Source: Eledone cirrhosa (lineage: Eukaryota). Taken from it: a DNA stretch of 64,000 nucleotides. Under the pieces are notes generated by a model. The model was given only the letters and a program-made list of their open reading frames with translations. It was not told the origin of the DNA and searched no databases. The translations under genes were made by a program, and so were the position numbers. The stretch lies in NCBI GenBank assembly GCA_964016885.1, contig OZ024745.1, positions 26,040,001 through 26,104,000 on the forward strand, read 5' to 3'. Each line of letters opens with the position of its first letter. The first letter of the stretch is position 1. Below are positions 58,493-64,000 of the stretch, piece by piece.

Positions 58493-58682
58493 TAATTGTT
58501 TCTACTTTTGGCACAAGACCAGCAATTATCCCAGTGTATTACTGGTACTTTATTTAATCGACCCCGTAAGGATGAAAGTCAAAGTTAACTTCGGCGGGAT
58601 TTGAACTCAGATCATAAAGGGCCGTAACTCTTTGCTGCATAGCATAGCGTCCGACCCTCTACCGATACTGCCAATCCACCGT
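58492..58682 (-). mobile_element. Nin-domain SINE
   Basis: Full consensus, reverse orientation. Confidence 0.85.
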
Positions 58683-58775
58683 CCTCTTTACTGTATATAG
58701 TAATATTAATAAATGTGAAGACTAAAATCACACATATATCATATATATATGTATATATATATATACATATATATG

Positions 58776-58834
<59 letters not shown>

Positions 58835-58950
58835 TACATATATATTACATATATATGTATATATATATATTATATATATACAAATATATATAAATATATG
58901 TATGTGTATATATATGTGTATATATATGTATATATATATGTACATAATAA

Positions 58951-58998
<48 letters not shown>

Positions 58999-59056
58999 GT
59001 GAAAGCAGCGATTCTTTGCTTGAAATTTAATCTGTTATTTTAATAAATATTATTAT

Positions 59057-59171
<115 letters not shown>

Positions 59172-59208
59172 AGAGAGTATTGAAGTTTGCTTGAAGCATT
59201 GTGGAACA

Positions 59209-59640
59209 ATAAGTAAATATCTATAAGTCGTTTGGAAGCCTCGACAATGCAAATGGGTAAATTTCCGGGTAACAAGGTCCGGTGGTGGAGAGAGAGATGT
59301 AAGTGGGTGTACGTTGAGATGTGTGGTGTGTATAAGATGTGTGAGATGTGTAGAATGAAGGGAAGAGTAAAAGGATAGAAATAATAATAACAACACAAGA
59401 GAGAGAGTTACCTTGGGAGAGATTTAATAGTCCCAAGGTAACTCTCTCTTGTGTTGTTATTATTATTTTTATCCTTTTACTCTTCCCTTCATTCTACACA
59501 TCTCACACATCTTATACACACCACGCATCTCAACGTACACCCACTTACATCTCTCTCTCTCCACCACCGGACCTTGTTACCCGGAGATTTACCCATTTGC
59601 ATTGTCGAGGCTTCCAAACGACTTATAGATATTTACTTAT
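59209..59640. repeat. ~210-bp near-perfect inverted repeat with 12-nt spacer, in (TA)n/(TG)n
   Basis: Arms 59209-59418 and 59431-59640 with only a few differences; the left arm has an extra ~40-nt tail (59170-59208). Confidence 0.9.
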
Positions 59641-59704
59641 ACGTGTGGTGTGTGTGTGTGTGTGTGTGTGAATATATATATATATGTATATATATATGTA
59701 TATG

Positions 59705-59757
<53 letters not shown>

Positions 59758-59764
59758 GTATATG

Positions 59765-59823
<59 letters not shown>

Positions 59824-59874
59824 GTATATATATATGTATATATATATATGTATATATATATGTATATATATATG

Positions 59875-59925
<51 letters not shown>

Positions 59926-59986
59926 GTATATATATATGTATATATATATGTATATATATATGTATATATATATGTATATATATATG

Positions 59987-60033
<47 letters not shown>

Positions 60034-60034
60034 G

Positions 60035-60069
<35 letters not shown>

Positions 60070-60070
60070 G

Positions 60071-60123
<53 letters not shown>

Positions 60124-60144
60124 GTATATATGTATATATATATG

Positions 60145-60201
<57 letters not shown>

Positions 60202-60212
60202 GTATATGTATG

Positions 60213-60248
<36 letters not shown>

Positions 60249-60262
60249 TATGTATATGTATG

Positions 60263-60301
<39 letters not shown>

Positions 60302-60323
60302 GTATGTATATAATATATATATG

Positions 60324-60575
<252 letters not shown>

Positions 60576-60706
60576 GATAAATCTACCAAGAATTTACGGT
60601 AGTGTCCAATCCGTATGAAGAACTCAATGTATTCCGGTTATCATGGAAAGAAGAGATGTAATGAAAAATCACTTTCGGTGAAAGATAAACGGTATACAGA
60701 GTCAAG

Positions 60707-61126
60707 ATAAAATATTAAACAAAAAATGAATAAAACAATGAAACAGTTCCTTATATTAAACAAAAAAAGTTCATTATTTAACGATCGTTTCTAGGATATA
60801 TATGTGTTAGAATTGGTATGCATATTCAACAGATCTATGTACAAAATTATACAGAATTATACAAACTATCAAGATTAAATATACATACCAACACATATAT
60901 ACGCCGTCTTCAGAAATAATTATTATTTCTGAAGACGGCGTATATATGTGTTGGTATGTATATTTAATCTTGATAGTTTGTATAATTCTGTATAATTTTG
61001 TACATAGATCTGTTGAATATGCATACCAATTCTAACACATATATATCCTAGAAACGATCGTTAAATAATGAACTTTTTTTGTTTAATATAAGGAACTGTT
61101 TCATTGTTTTATTCATTTTTTGTTTA

Positions 61127-61135
<9 letters not shown>
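60707..61135. repeat. Perfect palindrome, 214-bp arms around a single T (60921)
   Basis: Read base by base, no mismatch noticed. The left arm continues as a ~135-nt unique tail to 60573; (TA)n on both sides. Confidence 0.92.
60922..61069 (+). ncRNA. Type I hammerhead ribozyme with ~115-nt stem II (mirror copy 60773-60920 on minus strand)
   Basis: ATTATTT-CTGAAGA-[60936-61050: TATATATGTGTT/AACACATATATA and TTGGTATGTATATTTAA/TTGAATATGCATACCAA helices]-GAAA-CGATCG-T-T-AAATAAT. 7-bp helix I, palindromic stem III, GUU site. Confidence 0.8.
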
Positions 61136-61166
<31 letters not shown>

Positions 61167-61225
61167 ATATATGTATTATATATATGTGTATGTATATATT
61201 GAGAGAGTGAGAGAGAGAGAGAGAC

Positions 61226-61278
<53 letters not shown>

Positions 61279-61744
61279 GGAAGATAACGATGGAGAGAGA
61301 CATTTAGGTCACTATGTAACCTCATGACACTTATGAATCGACATCCGATGTAATGTGTATATGTGTTGTGGGAGGATGATGTGTTTACGCATTATGTATA
61401 TATACATATACGTATGTATTTGTATATGTAAGTGAGTATGTATGTATGCATGCATATATTTGTGTGTGTGTATATATATATATATGTGTGTGTTTATCTC
61501 TATTTTATATTCAATTAGAGAGAGAGAGAGAGAGAGAAAGAGAAAAGTCATTTCTATATGTGTGCGTTGTCTTTCGTGTATATGTGTCGATATCACAACA
61601 TTAACACTTACGAATGCAGGCGTATGACCACATACACACACACGTGTATGTGTGTATGTGTGTACACACACACACACACACACACACACACCACACACAC
61701 ACACCACACACACACACCACACACACACACCACACACCACACAC

Positions 61745-61795
<51 letters not shown>

Positions 61796-62233
61796 TCGAG
61801 CTCAAACACGCAGTGCTTATTGCGATAGCATCGCATCTTGTGTTTACAGAAAATTAAATAATATGTAATATCGGTGTTTGCTCGCCTGTGATCGCATTGG
61901 AGTGGCACAGTTATGTGAGACAAAACGAGACTACAGAATTTCTTGAGATGAGGAAGCCATATTTAAGGGTGATTGAAAGAGTATTTTAAGTGGTGTGAAG
62001 AAGGGCGTTGTCTGCATAAATATATTATATGAATAAATAAATAAAAGCCTCAAAATGCGTGTGTGGTTATATATGTGTATACAAGTGTGTATGTATCTAA
62101 TTTGTGTGAGTACCCACGTTTGTATTATATATATATGTTGCAAAGGTAAAACTAAATATGATTTAAAAGATAAATTTTCCATCTATACGTTTGTTTATAT
62201 ATATATATAGGTACACGTATATATATACAATAT

Positions 62234-62544
62234 ATTACTGGTACTTTATTTTATCGACCCCGTAAGGATGAAAGGCAAAGTCAACCTCGGCGGGATTTGA
62301 ACTCAGATCGTAACTATGCTGGAAAGCATGGCGTCCGACCCTCTACCGATACTGCCAAATATAATTGTTTCTACTTTTGGCACAAGGCCAACAATTATCC
62401 AGTACATTACTGGTACTTTATTTTATCGACCCCGTAAGGATGAAAGGCAAAGTTAACCTCGGCGGGATTTGAACTCAGACCGTAAAGGGACGTAACTATG
62501 CTGGAAAGCATGGCGTCCGACCCTCTACCGATACAGCCAATCCA
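62234..62544 (-). mobile_element. Tandem Nin-domain SINEs
   Basis: Partial copy 62234-62358 and full copy 62361-62544, with repeated ATACTGCCAAATATAAT. Confidence 0.85.
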
Positions 62545-63714
62545 TACTGCCAAATATAATGCAGGTACGTATGTGCTCATATACGAGTATGTGTGAGTGT
62601 GTGAGTGTGTGTGAGTGTGTGAGTTTGTGTGAGTGTGGTGAGTTTGTGCGTATTCTGTAAGAAAAATCTATATGACATTGTTTATATATATTTTGAAGTT
62701 AAAGATAAGACGATTTGCCGGGCTAAGAGCTTCGATAACATTGAAATAGTAGACTATGTATGTATACATATGTACACACACACACACACAGATCCCCCCC
62801 CCCCCATATATATATATATAGTAATAATAATAAACGCGAAGACTAAAATCCGAAGAGGGTTCGATAAGCAGTGATTCTTTGCTTAAACTTTAATTTGTTA
62901 TTTTAATAGTGAGAGAGAGAAAGAGAGAGAAAGAGAGATGGCGTCTATGGGACAAGAACTAATGTTTCATTCGTATTAGGAATTTAACTTGGGATCTACA
63001 CATACACACATATATATATTATATCTGTATTTATGTATACATGCATGTATGGATCGATGAATGTGTGTATTTTCTATATATGTATATATGATTTAGGTAT
63101 ATTTTGTGTGTGTGTGACAGCTCACACCTATGCAGGTTTAGCTGGCCTCCTCCAAGGTATATCTCGTTGGAGGTGTCTTGGGTAGTTTAATGATAGGGAC
63201 CCCACTCCTATCTTCTCATTTCTACAGCTGAGTAAATTGGAGCAACGTGAAATAAAGTGTCTTGCTCAAGGAAACAACACATCACCCAGTCCGAGAATTG
63301 AACTCACAATGCTCTAACCACTAAGCCATGCGCCTTCACATAATGCCATGTAACTTAGTAGTCACAGGGCTAACAATTAAACATTTTATATACATGTATA
63401 TGTTGATTGTTGATTATTTACCTATAGTCATATAAGTTTCGGTGCATATGTGTCTAACATATCCACGTACATACATACACACATACAAGCATACACACAT
63501 ACATACATACTGTATATATGTTTGTATATGTGTGTATTTGATAATATGTGCTAATCTCTCTCTCTCTCTATTATATATATCATTCTTGTCCTCGTACCTA
63601 AATGAAGGAACCAGTTTATAAGTGCCTCTTCCAATATACAGTGATGGCCATTACTGGACCCCGAAGCATTGGCAACACATACATGTTAAGTGTGTGAAAC
63701 GTTTTTCACATTAT

Positions 63715-63751
<37 letters not shown>

Positions 63752-63758
63752 AATATAT

Positions 63759-63880
63759 AACGAAGGAAATGTGGTAAGGAACCAGGTGGACCATAACGCA
63801 CCAAAGTACTCAATACTTATAATAGGAACGAGTAGGACCCCGACGGCTGAGCTCAAGCCATTTCGACGGCTAATTCTGGA

Positions 63881-63882
<2 letters not shown>
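63759..63882 (-). mobile_element. Family A pseudo-LTR remnant (single arm) in (TA)n
   Basis: Homologous to 22255-22392. Confidence 0.65.
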
Positions 63883-63926
<44 letters not shown>

Positions 63927-63938
63927 AATATATATATA

Positions 63939-63986
63939 CCTTCCATATACTGTACCGATTGTGTTATTTCTGTTTACCATTTACAT
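63939..63986 (+). mobile_element. 3'-tail fragment of the hammerhead-bearing element at 23880
   Basis: CCTTCCATATACTGTACCGATTGTGTTATTTCTGTTTACCATTTACAT is the reverse complement of 23880-23930. Confidence 0.7.
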
Positions 63987-64000
63987 ACATATATATATAT

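Overview
AT-rich eukaryotic (animal) genomic DNA packed with microsatellites ((TA)n, (CA)n, (GA)n). The repeat content is most consistent with a coleoid cephalopod such as Octopus, which is an inference. The only host gene I can support is a SoxE (Sox8/9/10-type) transcription factor on the minus strand. Its exons 2 (46224-45878) and 3 (45011-44044) splice in frame. Exon 1 was not found, so intron 1 is probably >17.7 kb. The rest is mobile DNA: many tRNA-derived Nin-domain SINEs, RTE, L1/Tx1 and R4/Dong-like LINE fragments, a young non-autonomous LTR element nested in a SINE, mariner remnants, a MITE and a probable Helitron. The most notable hidden layer is a set of short, mutually unrelated elements, mostly embedded in or next to (TA)n. 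They carry type I hammerhead ribozyme motifs (whole or only the 3' half), often as fold-back inverted repeats, and share a TTGAGTRCT-like motif about 45-80 nt from their 3' ends. They are most likely pseudo-LTR remnants of Penelope-like elements. One is a perfect 429-bp palindrome holding two back-to-back hammerheads with a ~115-nt stem II, inside the presumed SoxE intron. Most long ORFs in the supplied track are microsatellite artefacts. All calls were made by eye and many repeat boundaries are approximate.
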